A stretch of 59,341 nucleotides of DNA, counting the filler, from Platydemus manokwari (taxonomy: Eukaryota), in the NCBI GenBank assembly GCA_037951405.1. It is 5 parts of 5 records of this genome, joined end to end, with 100 filler letters (N's around TTAATTAATTAA, not from the genome) between each part and the next. Parts side by side here need not be neighbours in the genome. Positions count along the whole stretch, not along the records: positions 38,292 to 48,618 come from JBBMOY011144994.1; positions 48,719 to 59,341 come from JBBMOY011118774.1; 3 more parts are not named here. One strand, 5' to 3'. The first letter of the stretch is position 1. Every line of letters begins with the position of its first letter. Shown here piece by piece: positions 41,091 through 54,699 of this stretch. Under the pieces are notes generated by a model, which was not told the DNA's origin, ran no database searches, and saw nothing but the letters and a program-made list of their open reading frames with translations. The translations under genes and the position numbers were made by a program.

Positions 41091-44000
41091 AAACAGCTAA
41101 AATAATATTGTTTTCTATTGGGGGTTCCATTTATGTTCGTTCATAAACCAAAACCATTTTATCTACATGCTAAATCCATGTACGAATTGCAATTATTACA
41201 GTAGACACAATGTGTGCATATGTGTATATACACAGATAATTACTAAAAATAGATTTGAGGTTCTGTTTAATACTTACGAAGGGAAAGGACTTCAAAACTG
41301 GCTTAACGACAATTCAAAACAATTCAATGCCGATAGGAGGAAGTTATTAGAGTGATGGAGAATGAATCTGCGTGCCAGATATAAGAAGCCTGCCACTTGC
41401 GTTTAGGTCTTGGACTTAGACCAAGTGGTATCAATATTTAAATGTTTTTGTAAATAAATATTAGTTTTTGTTTACAAATAAATAAAATTCGATTTTGTTG
41501 ACATTTTTTAAGCATTTTCATGAAAAAATATATTTTCATTTCTTATCGTTATGCCCCAGATATGGATATAAGTGTTGGGGATATTTGTGGAATTAGACGC
41601 GATAATTTTATAATTATAGCTGATCAAACACATTAAAACGTCATATTAGGAATAACAAAATCATAAACAAAATCATTACAGCACATAATTTCATTTTAAT
41701 GAAGGCAAAGAATAAATTCAAACGCCGATATTTTATAATCGAGATGAGAAATTCGAAAAAACTATTTTTAAAATAAAATTATAAATAATATTTTTGTATT
41801 TTATCACTTGTCGATAAAATATTTTAATGAATTTCATCTCGAAAATATGAGTTAGTAATTTTCATGTCGTCCAGGATTGTTAAAACCGTACAAGCATTTT
41901 GGTCAATGGTTTTGAAGTTGTTCTAAATTTATATATCAAGGGATTTTCAAACCAATTTTAATCAATCATGAACTGGACTACATCATTTCGATTTCGTTTG
42001 TTAAATCTAAATGATGAATCGATTATTCCACATCAAATATAAATATTTATTTTGGACACCATGTTGAAATAAGAAATAAATCAAGCCCAATAAATAGTAA
42101 ATAAAATGGGATTCATGTGGGCACAAACACACGAAAATACAAAGCACGACAACTTTTTAAGAAAAACTTAAAAAATGGTTAAATTTCAAGCCCTCAATTT
42201 GTGACATTTATTTCCATATTCAACATCACACGGTAATACATTCGTATTGTCGAAGAAAACTTACGAATATTGGAATTCCAAGCAAATCACATTCACATTC
42301 AAATCATTATTTTTATCGGAAATTCAGTGGGGTTTTACACCGAATAACTGTTATCGATAAAAACAAATAAATAATCTTTCACTGTTGTATTATAGCAATT
42401 ATTTAGATATTTATCGATGTATTGCAGAACACAGTAACATTCCAGTCAGTATTTTATCGACGATTCAATGGAGCTTTGTTTATACCTTTGGTATTTTATT
42501 CAGTTATTGATTCAGTCACCTTATTATAACATTAACTCCACACATTATCGATTTCTTACAACACAATAACGGCTCTATAATAATGTGAATTCAGAATTAT
42601 TATAGCCATTATATTTTAATAAAATTATATAATCTAGTTAATGAGTATCGTCATTATTAACATTTTCTCGTTAATTAATCTCTTCTCGAATTTCAGATTG
42701 ATTTAAATCAATAAGTTCTCCGATGTTAAATAATAATTCTATCATTTTCTAAAATAATATTAATCTTATTAGTGTTGAAAGAAGCTTTGTATTGCTCGAC
42801 AATCTCATTTGTGATTGACTATGATAAGCATTGCTTTTAACTAAAGGCTTTCTTGTTGCTTAACGAATATTCTAGCCTTGTACAGATGTTCAGACTTCAT
42901 AAATAATAAAGATCAGCTTATAAATAAGAGATTTTAATATTTCATCAATTTATTTTTGTCAAGCAATGACTAAAATCCAAAATTATTTCTTTAAAACACA
43001 AAGAAATACATTTCGTTTCAATACATCTCATTCATCATTATTAAAAATAGCTCATCATTAAAACTTATATAGAAACCGTAGTTAAGGAATAAAATTACCA
43101 AATCAAAACATTCTATGACATTTAGAGCTTTTAATATCACAGATTAATTCAATTGCTACATTAATATTTTCAATGCTTCTTCACCTATAATTGATCAATT
43201 ATAACAAAGAAACAAGATGGCCTGCATTATCGTACATTTCACCATTTTAGTTTATTAAATATTAACACGTTATTGACAGAGTTTTATGACGAAACATATT
43301 TTATAATGCAGATAATCTGAATGTGAAAATATTTGGAGAGAACAAAATTGATTATCTGAATTATGAAAGGTCCATTATAACACAATCAAATTAAAAATGA
43401 CTATCTTGTTTATCATTTAAACAATCCAATCAACAATGATAATTATTTATAATTGAAATGGCACCAAAATATTATTAATTGTGTGATTTTCTTTATTACG
43501 GTAAAACACAATTAAACGGGAAAAATTATTTTATCAAAAATTCACAACGAATTGATAATAATAACTTTATAAACAATTTAGTTGTGAAAATCAATTTACT
43601 TTTATTTTGTCCATCATGTATCGCATATGCCACTGTTTTGTTTTATCGATAACAATATATCACATCGGCATTCTTTGTTTTACTGTTATTTACATCAGCA
43701 CAAATACGTTGCGCTTGAAATTCATAATAATAATGAATTATTAATAAGATGAGAGTATTAAATAATAAATAAAACATTATCTGGAATGTATCGAGAATTT
43801 TGAATTTCACGCTCTAATTTTGATGATGGATTCGAATTGTAATTCATTTATCAATTGGTTGTGGATAATTTTGATAACAAAATAAAATTTGATATCAGAT
43901 TAATTGGATTTTTTTTAATTTTCAAGAACATTATTTTTTCACTCCATTATCAGTCACGATGCATTTCCATAATATTGCTTTTATTATACTCCAATATGAT

Positions 44001-44988
44001 TTGTTCAAATCTCTCAAAGAAAAATATGTTAGAGTCTATCAAATATTAATTGTGTTCAGGATATTGTGATAAATAATAGGTGGCACTGTGATAGTATCTC
44101 TAATGGTAAATCTAAATTTAATATAATTAATAAAGGTGAAAATAATAAAAAGTCAAATGTTAGTCCCAGAAAATCTAAATATCTGATTCAATTTGATTAT
44201 AGAAATATCATCTATCATCTCATAGAAACCGTGCACTTTTTATCCCAATGTTTAAAGTTGTTACTAAAATTCTTTGATATAAAATCAATATCCGATAAAA
44301 TATTCTCCACTAACAAGACAATTTTTTAAGTGTTTCGCTACGATTGATTTACGCTTGATTTTATGGGAAAACACTCCGGAGATCCATTTGCGACATCTGG
44401 CTTTAAATTGATAATGACTATTGTAATAAGATCATAATGACTTTCTCGAATTATCGGAAAGTTATTCCAGGTTGTAATAATTGATTTTCATGGAGGTAAT
44501 TCTATTATTTAATATCTTCAATATGATTCGCGAGTTAGTTTATAGTTTTTATGTGCGATTTGCATTTTATGTGCTATTCCTATACAATTCTACAATATAT
44601 TCATTTATTTAAGCTGTATGTATGTTCCGCATTTGCAGAATTTCACCTTTGATAATTGTGTCTTGAAAAAGCTAACCGGAAAGTCATATGAAAGCTTAAA
44701 ATTATGTTTTTTAAACTGATAAATATGCGCTTGTACTGTACAGTTACCTGGCCATGTGGATTCAACAGCAGTTATATTAGTATTGACATGGCCCTCCTAA
44801 ATATCATGTGCTCACTTGTATTAGCTGAATATCAACAACACGACCATCAATTATGTAAAATTTATAATTAATAAGTTTAATAAAAATTTTATTTTATTGT
44901 AATCAGATATGAGTAATGAGTTGAGAGCAACATTGTCGTTATCAGTCAATAAATAACTAACATTTATTTAGCATCAAATTAGTTTTCT

Positions 44989-47330
44989 CTAGGCGATGGG
45001 AAATCCACTCACGTCGACTTTAATTAATTTTTTTATGTCTTTGTACTTCCATAATAGTTTTTTAATATTTTTTAAATTTTGAATTGAGATTGTTGAGATA
45101 GATTCCAAGAGTACTGAGTTTAGTCGGAGTAGTTTAGTGCTAAGGAATATGGTATGTGACAAATGGACGGTTGATTTGGTAGTGTAACCAGTAAGCATGG
45201 TTGTATCGAGAAGTTGCTTGGTTGGTGGTCACTTGCTTTAAGGTTCTGGCCATGTCATCGGTAAGTAGGATTGTTTGGGTGAATAATTTAATATGAATTT
45301 GATATCTAAGATGATGAAAATCGATAAGTATTTATTAAGTTATTTTTCAGCTGGAAATGTTAAATTGAGTGAAACAAGAAATGATTAATGGTGATGAATG
45401 ACAAAAATATAATTAAGGAGCAGTATTTATTTTCTGACTGAGAAACGGATTTTTGTCCACCAATTTGAGGAAAAGTGTTTAAATGAGGGGATGTTGTCTC
45501 TTAGCCATGAGAGTGCAGAGTGTATGGTGTTTGGGTGAGATAGGTCGAATCTTTTGCCAACATTGTATAGCAGGTGTGATACAATCAATATATTCACGGA
45601 ATATGGGATCAAGACTGGTCAGTTATTGAAAAGAGCAAATTATGGATTATATGGAAAATTCAAGTAGGGATGGCGTGAGTCCCAAACCACCGAGTTTGCG
45701 TGGTAAATAAAAGAAGGGGATGTTTGATTATTTAGAGTCATTCATCTTAAGTATAACTCGGGCAACGTATCGGATTCGTTTGTCGAAGGCTTGAGATTTC
45801 GAGTGGTCTCGTCTTGTATTAGGATACGGGAGTCAACTTGCGTTATTTCGACCTGTTGAATTCTTAAATGAAAGGGTATTCTGGAGTACAGAAAGGTTTT
45901 ATAGGCTTGGAATTTTTGGGATGGGTGTAAGCGGGGTGTTGCAATGTTTTCAAAGTCAGAGAGAATGTCGCCAAGGTTTTTTTGATATGGAGGCACGTTT
46001 GGTTATTGGTTTTGGTAGTCAGTAATTAGGGTTGGGTCATTCTCAAGGGTTTTGGCGGAGTTTAAAGTCCGATGACTCTGGTCTAGTGAGGTAAAAACGG
46101 ATGGTTGACGGGCTTTTTTATTGCGAAGCGTGATGTTTCTAATGTTGTGAATGCAATGCGCACCATTGTGAGTGTGTCACTGAGGTTGGGATTATCTAAT
46201 TCAAAGAGTTTTATAGAATCGTGGAGTATGGGGTGTATCATAATAAAATACAAAATATTAACATTTTTGGATTTCCTAATTTTAAGAATATTGGATATTG
46301 TCTTATTTATTTCGTCCTCGTTGGAATTGAGAATAGAATATTGCGGATTGAAAAGCATAATCCAATATATACTGGATGACGAACCGACTACAATCTGTGT
46401 TGTTCAGTTACTTGGGGGGTTTAGAATTAGTTGCTGTGTTATGGTGATAGTCGATCTTATAGCGTTAAGATTTTTGAATAGGTTCTGTAATGTTTTTCAG
46501 AGGGTGTTTTGAGTGTCACTGAAGAAGATGACGGGATCGATGAAGTATGATGAAGATTTGAGGGCATTAATTACATATGAATTCCAATGTTTGTGTTCCA
46601 GTATGTCAACCAAAAAGCAATCTTACACGAGGTGAGGTATTTAAACGAGAAAGAATGGTAAAGATATTCATAAGTATGGCTACGGCGGGTTGGAGTTTTC
46701 TGAATTGGAGATTATGAATGCCTAAATGACTGGACTTGACAATCATTTGGGGGACAGGTCTTCGGGGTTAATTCTAAATTTTTAAAAGTGCCTTGTGAAA
46801 CATTAACATTGACGCCAGATTTATGCTCATTGTTGTAAAGCTTAAAATTAAATTGTTAGAAAATTTCCTAGAAAACCTAAAAGTCGGTGGGTATATCAAG
46901 GTTATGTTTGCCTGAATAGTGTTTGGGAGCGTTTTCGGTGTTGGTAAGTGGATAGCAGTAGGTTTTATCGCAGCGGGTGCATGTTGCGGATTTGCCATCC
47001 AGAATTAGCATGCGGGTGGTAATATTTGGTGCTAGTGGGTTCTTGTGAATTGAGGTCGATTTGGGATCCATTAAAGGATTGTGGAGGTGATATGGAGTTA
47101 TGAGTGCGCTTGAAGTTGAAATTAGTTGGAAATATATTATGATTATGTAAAAAGTGTGAAAATTGTTCACTGTTAAAAATTTTTAATAAAGAACATATAA
47201 TAAACTATTTAAAACTAGATTCCCAGAGGTTTTGCGATGACAGCCATGCGCCTGTCGACCCCTATATTGGATGCTCTGGGTAGCCGTAAGGGACTATTTG
47301 TCATCGGATCCGGTATTTAGGGTCAGACCG
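44989..47330 (-). mobile_element. Decayed R2-superfamily (Utopia/NeSL-like) non-LTR retrotransposon with most of the RT core deleted
   Basis: Domain relics in the expected order on the minus strand: zinc fingers (CTRC...KHYSGKH; FICN*CPQIF...RH...H at ~46580-46515), post-RT thumb motif (IATPRLHPSQKFQAYKTFLYSRIPFHLR; cf. LxPxQK...YxTFLxPRLxFxLR), SNWWTKIR, CCHC remnant (GYTTKSTVHL) and RLE-like IKVDV. The GC-richer region may extend to ~47990. Confidence 0.7.
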
Positions 47331-48618
47331 AGACTAATCTAGAAGAAGGTAAGAGATTATAGTTGTAATAATTTTTAAAACTAGTCATAGGTTTGTTTTG
47401 TAGTTGCATTTTGTTTTGGGGTTGGACTGGATTGTGTAGGGGGGCTTGGGTATATTTGGAGGAGTTTTGAAGGGTCATTAAGGGAGCAAAGTGGTTGGCT
47501 GAGATAGATCTGTTAGTTGGTGATGAGTGTGGTTGTTGTGGTTCTGTCAAAATAACCATGATTAAGACTAAATGATGAAATATTAGTGTGAAAATCATTA
47601 TTATTATGAGAATTATGTGGACGGTTTCTGGGCTAGGCCTGGTTACCAAGGAGATCCGGTGTGTATCTACCAGTGTACAAGACCGTGAGAGTAGGGGTGT
47701 TGGGTGTATGGGACTCTGTAATTATAATAATTATTATAATAAATGATTTTATTAGAGGAGGTATGTGGCCAAAGACATTGGTATCCATGTGGTTGAGGAC
47801 AAGTGTTCTTTATATGTTGCCGAGAAGGGTTCTCGTATTGATTTTTACTTTCAAACCGCAAGAAGGAGGCCGGAATGTCCTGAATAATAGCATGGTAATC
47901 ATTATTACACACAATGTTACGTTCTAGTAAAGTTAATCGCGTTATATAATAGGTCAGTAGCGATATGGACGGCCTTAATATTTGATTCAAACAAAGTTTC
48001 GTTCGTTAAAAATTCCAAATTCAAAAAAAATAATCAGCTATCGATTGATTGAAACCTTAATTAGTATAAAATATTTAGAAATTGTTTGATGTTTTCAGTT
48101 GTGGTGGATTACAACTATTGAAACAAAGGGAAAATAATTACTGATTCGATGTCAGTAATGTAATTTTTTTCACTTAAATTTGTCCAGAAGTTACTCAGCA
48201 CACAACATTAGAGTACTGCAGTTAAAGATAGTTAACAATAAACTCTACTTTATCCCTTTCAAATGAAAAAGTAAAAATTCATTGATCTCATTAACACATG
48301 ACATAATATGCGATTTTATTGTGCCAAGTTCATTGATTTATTCAGCTATTTATCTGAGCTTTATTTTAAGTTTAATTTTTCAATTTCAGATACGCATCAT
48401 CAATAAGTATTATATTACAAAATGTAAAAGGACTTGGCAAGGAAACCCACCGCTTCTAGCTGCATAACCAATCATTCTAAGTCAATAACCAATCAATCTA
48501 ATATAAAACCTACGTTAATACTGCGCATAAACGAATGTTAAATACCAGGTTGAGTCAAAAGTTGTTCATGTTTTTATGCAGGTATTTTATTAACACAAAT
48601 TGTTATAACGCTGAACAT

Positions 48619-48718
48619 NNNNNNNNNNNNNNNNNNNNNNNNNNNNNNNNNNNNNNNNNNNNTTAATTAATTAANNNNNNNNNNNNNNNNNNNNNNNNNN
48701 NNNNNNNNNNNNNNNNNN
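48619..48718. other. Artificial scaffold-join spacer (44N-TTAATTAATTAA-44N)
   Basis: Same 100-nt spacer. Confidence 0.95.
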
Positions 48719-48757
48719 AGGTTGCTGATTTTAAAATCATGTGTTTTTAACGCAAAT

Positions 48758-48860
48758 GGTGCAGCTAAACGTGCTGTAGTTTATACGACTAAAAATACAT
48801 TTTTATAAAAATGTCATCTGCAGCTAATACGCGCTGCAGCTTATACTCGGGATTTTACAT
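48758..48860. mobile_element. Terminal fragment of a pogo/Tigger-like DNA transposon or MITE
   Basis: Reiterated tgcagct(a/t)atac motifs ending gctgcagcttatactcgggattttac resemble pogo-type right ends (tgcggcttatactcgggaaaatacggTA). The other end is lost at the contig break. Confidence 0.45.
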
Positions 48861-50969
48861 ATATATAATTTATTTAATAATTTGAAATTAGCTCAAATAT
48901 AAAAGCAACATCAACTGATATGGAAAAATGTAAATACCCGATAATTTACTAGGAGAAATATAGTTATCACCACTAGTGAAACATCTCAAATTGTCACAAT
49001 ACCAGCAAGTGATGCGTGGACAAATCATTCTTGAAACACAAACGAAGTGTTGCTTTGTATAATTGAAACTACTGTTGAGAAACAGGTGGCTTATAAAATA
49101 AATATACTAGCTATGCGGAACCAACCATTTGTTGTAGAAAGCAATGGAGCTCAGGTTTTCTAGAAACAAACATACATAATTGTCCAAGTAGCTGTATACA
49201 AGACTGTCAAATTATATTTACCAGAATATCGCACTTTAGAATTTACGGTAGACTGATTGTGTTGTAGAATATTCCCGATATCCAGTGTGAAGTCCTCGGA
49301 CAGTGAGCATAAGGGAAAATTGTTCCTTGATTATAAAATTCATCTTATAAAAATAAACTCCTAATTCTAATGAATTTTCATAGATCAGACGAATTATTTT
49401 GTGAATGGGAAATGATCCGGGCCAAAATTATTGATGAAAAATAGAAATAGATTTTTTGTCATATTGTTGATTCTTTTTCTCCATATAGTTTGTGTATAAA
49501 TGAATTATCAATGAATTATCAATGAATTGATTAAATACTGACTCAATTTTTTCAGTGAACTACAATATATCAAAATCAGATTAACTTAATAATTTCAAAA
49601 TAACTTGATTTTATATCTTTGATAGTTAAGTAAAAGCTGATTCCTAATTTTACTATAACAGTTTAAATTAGAAAATAACCCAAAGTATTTTATTTGAACA
49701 AAGTTAAAGAGGCTGAACTAAAATAAGTTTGGCTTCAGATCATATTTATTTTTAAACTTATCTCGAGATCCAAACACTATAGCATCATGAATTTTAAAGA
49801 TATGTTGTGTATCTACACCAATGAAAATCGACAAAATAACAATTAAAATAACTCTTTCAATCAATATTTCTTTACAACAATCCAAAATCTTCCTGATAAA
49901 TATTGCTTATTTGATAATATAATAATCCATTAACTAAATTGACTGTTTCATTTAATTATATACAATTAACGGGTTTTATTCTGATTTTTAATATAATTTT
50001 TGAGGAGATAATATTATTTTACAAGTATAAATTGTAAGGCGTTTAATGTATAATAGTAATTTAATGAAAAATCTAAAATAATTATAGTATTTATAAACTA
50101 AAGATTGATTATATTATATTTCCTCATTCTATAATCGTGAAGAACTGTGAATGTAAATTGGTGTTTTACCTTAAATTTTAATGTAATTTTTGGAAAATGA
50201 AAGGAAAAACAAAATAAATATCTAATAAAATATAAGCGCCGAACAACCTTCAAAAATAAATATATAATCAAGGCCAGAAATTAGTAGAACAATAAAAAAT
50301 TACTACTTACTGCTTAGCAACGAAAAATTCGAGTCAATAAAAATCAAAGTAAACAAAAGTTGTATAAAAATTAAATATTTTAAATTATCTAAAATTTCGT
50401 CTTCACTTTACTACTGGATAAAACTCATAGCTCACGTATTACGATAATCACAAGATTCGATCGACACCAAGTTTGATTTTGAATAAACATTCTATCACCC
50501 CATCATTATAAACTTTTTTACAATTTGTAATAGATCTCAAAATCAACTTTATATTGTCAATAGATAATTAATCAATCAATTCGTAACTTTTCATTAATTT
50601 ATGAAGAAAATTACAGTTACTGGCACAGAACTAAAGCTATAAACTTGAAATAAGAGGAAGATTGATATTAATTATTTGACTGTAATGGTCAACATATTAT
50701 TAACAAATGACCTTTTGGTTTTTGTTACAGACAAAGTTACCAAGATGTAAATATAGTGGGTTAAAGTAAAAACAAATTTAATTTAACCTATTATATTCTG
50801 TTGAATAGCTTTTAAATATAGTTTATTTACGAAATACTTTCTGTTTTTTTTATTTCTCTAAGCGAAATATAATGGCTGTTTCTGAGTACAAAACAGTGTG
50901 ATAATTTTAGATTAAGCTCACTTTTAAGAAAATGATAAGGATTATTATATTCATCACACAACTTCCTAT

Positions 50970-53660
50970 ATTTTATGTCATCTGCTATCGGAAGTACATA
51001 TTTCTGAAAACCATTCTTCTTGAATCTTGAAATTGTTGAATAGAAGAATAAGAATTATCTGACAAATGAAAATTAACCTAAAATTACTTAGTTGCTCAAT
51101 AAATAATGGAAGGTTTGATGTCAAACTTAAATTTAAATTTACCTTATAATTACATATACCCACTCGACTGAAAATGATCACTTAGATGGTGTCTTTAATT
51201 AGAGAAATTTAAATATCATTATAAATGTAAATGGTTCTAGCTAAGACACATGTTGACATTTAAAATATTATTTCAACAAGAAATCAATATTTCAAGTTAT
51301 TGATTAATTTTTCCATTTCCATTTTGAATTATTAAAAAATATTTATAGATAAAAATCTTTATAATTATTACCCATGGTTATTTTTCTTGAAGTTACAATG
51401 TAGGATAAAAGACACTGCAATAAAACCAAAAACTGAAAGTCTATCTATAATTAAAATATTATCTAAAATCCATTTATAAAAATTTCAATTGGTTGTTTTC
51501 AAAACGATATCCGTTCAGAATTTAACAACGCTTAGTCGTTCGTTGATAAATACTGAATGATAAAAAGATTAACACCGTCCATTTTGAAAAGAATTGCAAT
51601 AATTCCATATAACATCATAGTGTGAAATATTTATCCCGAAAATCACCAAAATAGTACTGAACATATTATTTGATAATCATTTTAATCTTATATGATCACT
51701 TTAGTTTGATTGGGGGTCGCATTGTTAAAATTTAATCTTATATTAATTATATGATTATTATAAAGTAGCCCTGGTTCATTGTTTCCTTTTCGTTAGTTTT
51801 AAGTTTTGATAATTTATTGTGATGAAATATTTATTTAAATATTATACGAATAAGCTAATATTTGATTGAGAAAAACATTAACTTATTTTCAATTAATAAA
51901 ATAGTATTACAAATTAAAATTATAAACATTAATTACTAGTTTATATAGCAGAAAGGTAAAAAAAATAACTCAAATATTAAAGGTACCATATTTCGTGTAT
52001 GGTAAATTAAAACACCGATATCAAAATAAGTCGAATAATATCTAAACTAAAAATGAAATCAATCAATTATTAAATGATGGCTTATTTATTCGAATTTGCA
52101 AGAATAAAATTCACATGATTTATAATTTTACAAAAAATCTCTAACAAACCAATGAAATTATTAATTCATCATACAAATTTTAAAATCCAACATAAAATTT
52201 CATTGATGTTGTGAAACTGAAAAATTCAACTTGTCTCAAACTGATTAATTAGTTGTTGATTGTTAACCAAAACAGAAGAAAATGAATCTATTAACTAATC
52301 TATCGGTTTCGGGAGAAAAAAACTAAATACATCATGGGATTATTTCCATCATTCATCATATTCGAATAGAGATAAACTCCACTGACAAAAAAGCGTTGTT
52401 TGCATAATACCTGTCAGATAACGTTAAAAACTGTATTGATATCATCTAATTTAAACAACGACATAACAGAGTTGATATTTTTATTTTGAAAAGCATGTCG
52501 TGGAAATTTAAAAATACTGTGCTTAATCGTTGATGATATTAATGCATTAAGTACATTTTGAACTGACTATATTTATATGTTAACAACCTAATCGATTCAT
52601 TAATCCACTTGAATCTGTATCGATATCATCTGTTCATAGAATAATCAATATTAAGATCTTAAATTCAATTTGATAATGATAGGAAATTGATGAATTTAAT
52701 AATAGTTCAAGTATAGATTTACTTAAGCCATTCGAATCTCGGGAATCTTTGAAATTAGATACGACTACAAAACGAGGGAAATGGTTTATATTGATTTTGG
52801 GATATTTTTTCAAAAACAATTAAATTAAATTTGGGTCACAGTAAATAATTAGAATATTATATATATATAATTTCAATCTTTTGTAAGCCACAAAATATAT
52901 CAAGCTGATTAAACTCAATGCAAATTTTATTCTGATAATGTATTCGAAGAGAGCTAACAACTGATTATCGGGTCCGCACTGCCCGCTGATACCCACACAG
53001 TATTTGGGATTCAATATCAAGCAACTCCACATAGTTTTTCTCTTGAAAAAAATCATTTAATTTATTATTTTAAATTTAATTTATTCTAATTTTAATTCTA
53101 ACATAGATACGGTTAGACAACATTGATTATCTTTGTCCTCACTAATTTTATGACATTAACCATCTATCGATATATCTACTTTTATTTATTTTGAATACGA
53201 AAATCAGTTGTGGATAAAAAATTTCTCGAGTATAAGTTTATATGATTTGGTTTGAAGATAAAATTATATTAATACTCTGACATCCTATTGAAAGTCCAGT
53301 GATTGAATTCATCATGCCATGATCCAGAAATCAATCATAATTCAATAATAGTAGATTACTACAAAAATTTCGATAAAAATACCAAAACAATTTAAATATG
53401 TTTATTATTGAACGGGTTTGGAATCAAGTTCGTTTTAATTTTATTTTCATTTTCCTGAAATAAGATGTAACGAATCAACGATTATTTTCCAACGTGATAG
53501 TGGCTTTGAATCATTAATAATTAGACTTTCTGAGTAATGGCCGTTACTTCCTTTTACATTACGAAACAAAGTTCTGGACGCAATTCTTAACTTGTTTGAC
53601 TGTTTAATGTTATGGCAAATTCGCAACTGAATTATTTTTGTGGCTCCTAAAAGCACTTGA
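50970..53660 (-). pseudogene. Possible decayed receptor-type tyrosine phosphatase paralog (copy 2)
   Basis: FN3-end-like RIASRTLFRNVKGSNGHYSESLII (~53590-53515), then LRIHYQNKICIEFNQL (~52955-52905), which parallels ELHYQNIKA in copy 1. Weak later motifs (WINES, QQFQ). Many stops. Confidence 0.25.
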
Positions 53661-54699
53661 ATACCAGATTTAAAGCACTCAAAAAGTATTTTCTAATTAA
53701 AAAATATTGTGTATGCCAGAGTCTATTAGATTTTGATAACTGCCAAAGTTACAGCGACAAGATATAATTGTAGTATTTTAACTTCTGAAAATTAAATAGA
53801 ATAATTTTTAAAATCAAAATTAGAGAATACAGCTCAAACAGCATATAACCAGTGCGTTTTAAATTTATCTTTTTAAAGTTCTAGCTAGACCAGAAATATA
53901 TTTATTACCTTTGGAACTACATCGAGAAGAGGAAACAATACTTCTAAGAACATTTATTAGATACTTCGTACTATCTAAATGAAAAGTATTTAAATTCCTT
54001 GGTGATATACACGCATCAGAGTAACCGATTTGATAGATTTTCTTATATATTGTAGCTTAATTATTAGCTATATTGTCAGATTGAAAAACAATTTACCATA
54101 TTTCTCTTTCTTATTGAGATAAAGATAATTAATATCGACGCTTGATCTTTATTTTTCATTGTTTATCGAATTTGTTTAATTGAAAACATTCAGTTTGTAA
54201 ACTTGATACATTACTGCTTGGTACATGTGTTCCTTAAGATTTAAAGTAGCTTTTCAGCCATTGGTGGAGGTGGTGTTGAATTCCTTTTCTTTCGACCCTA
54301 TATATATTTCCATGTGCTATTTATTAAATTATTTAAGTACGAGTTGTCTAAAAACATCTAAATTTAACAAAATTTATTATAAAATTACAAAATCAATATT
54401 GAAGTCCTGGAGCCCATATTTTTGCCTCATTAGCTTAATTAAATCTTCTTCATTAAAATTCCAAGCCACAAGTTATATTTACAAAATTAATTTATCTAAC
54501 CACACTCATTACGTTATTCCCAAGGAGATCGATTTTCCTCCCTTTAAATGATTTCGAAAGGTGATAATTTTGTCATATTTTATTATGAAACATTGACACA
54601 GAATTACTATTATCAATTTTTTAGGTAATTCAAATCAATATATTTCATTTCACTTTCCTTTAGTGAAGCTGGTATCATGTCTAAAGTTGCTCAAATCAC

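Noticed and set aside
46105-46512. 135-aa plus-strand ORF, and other short hydrophobic ORFs in the track
   Set aside because: It is antisense to the retrotransposon relic. The I/F/L/N/K-rich short ORFs are typical of random AT-rich sequence and show no recognisable motifs.
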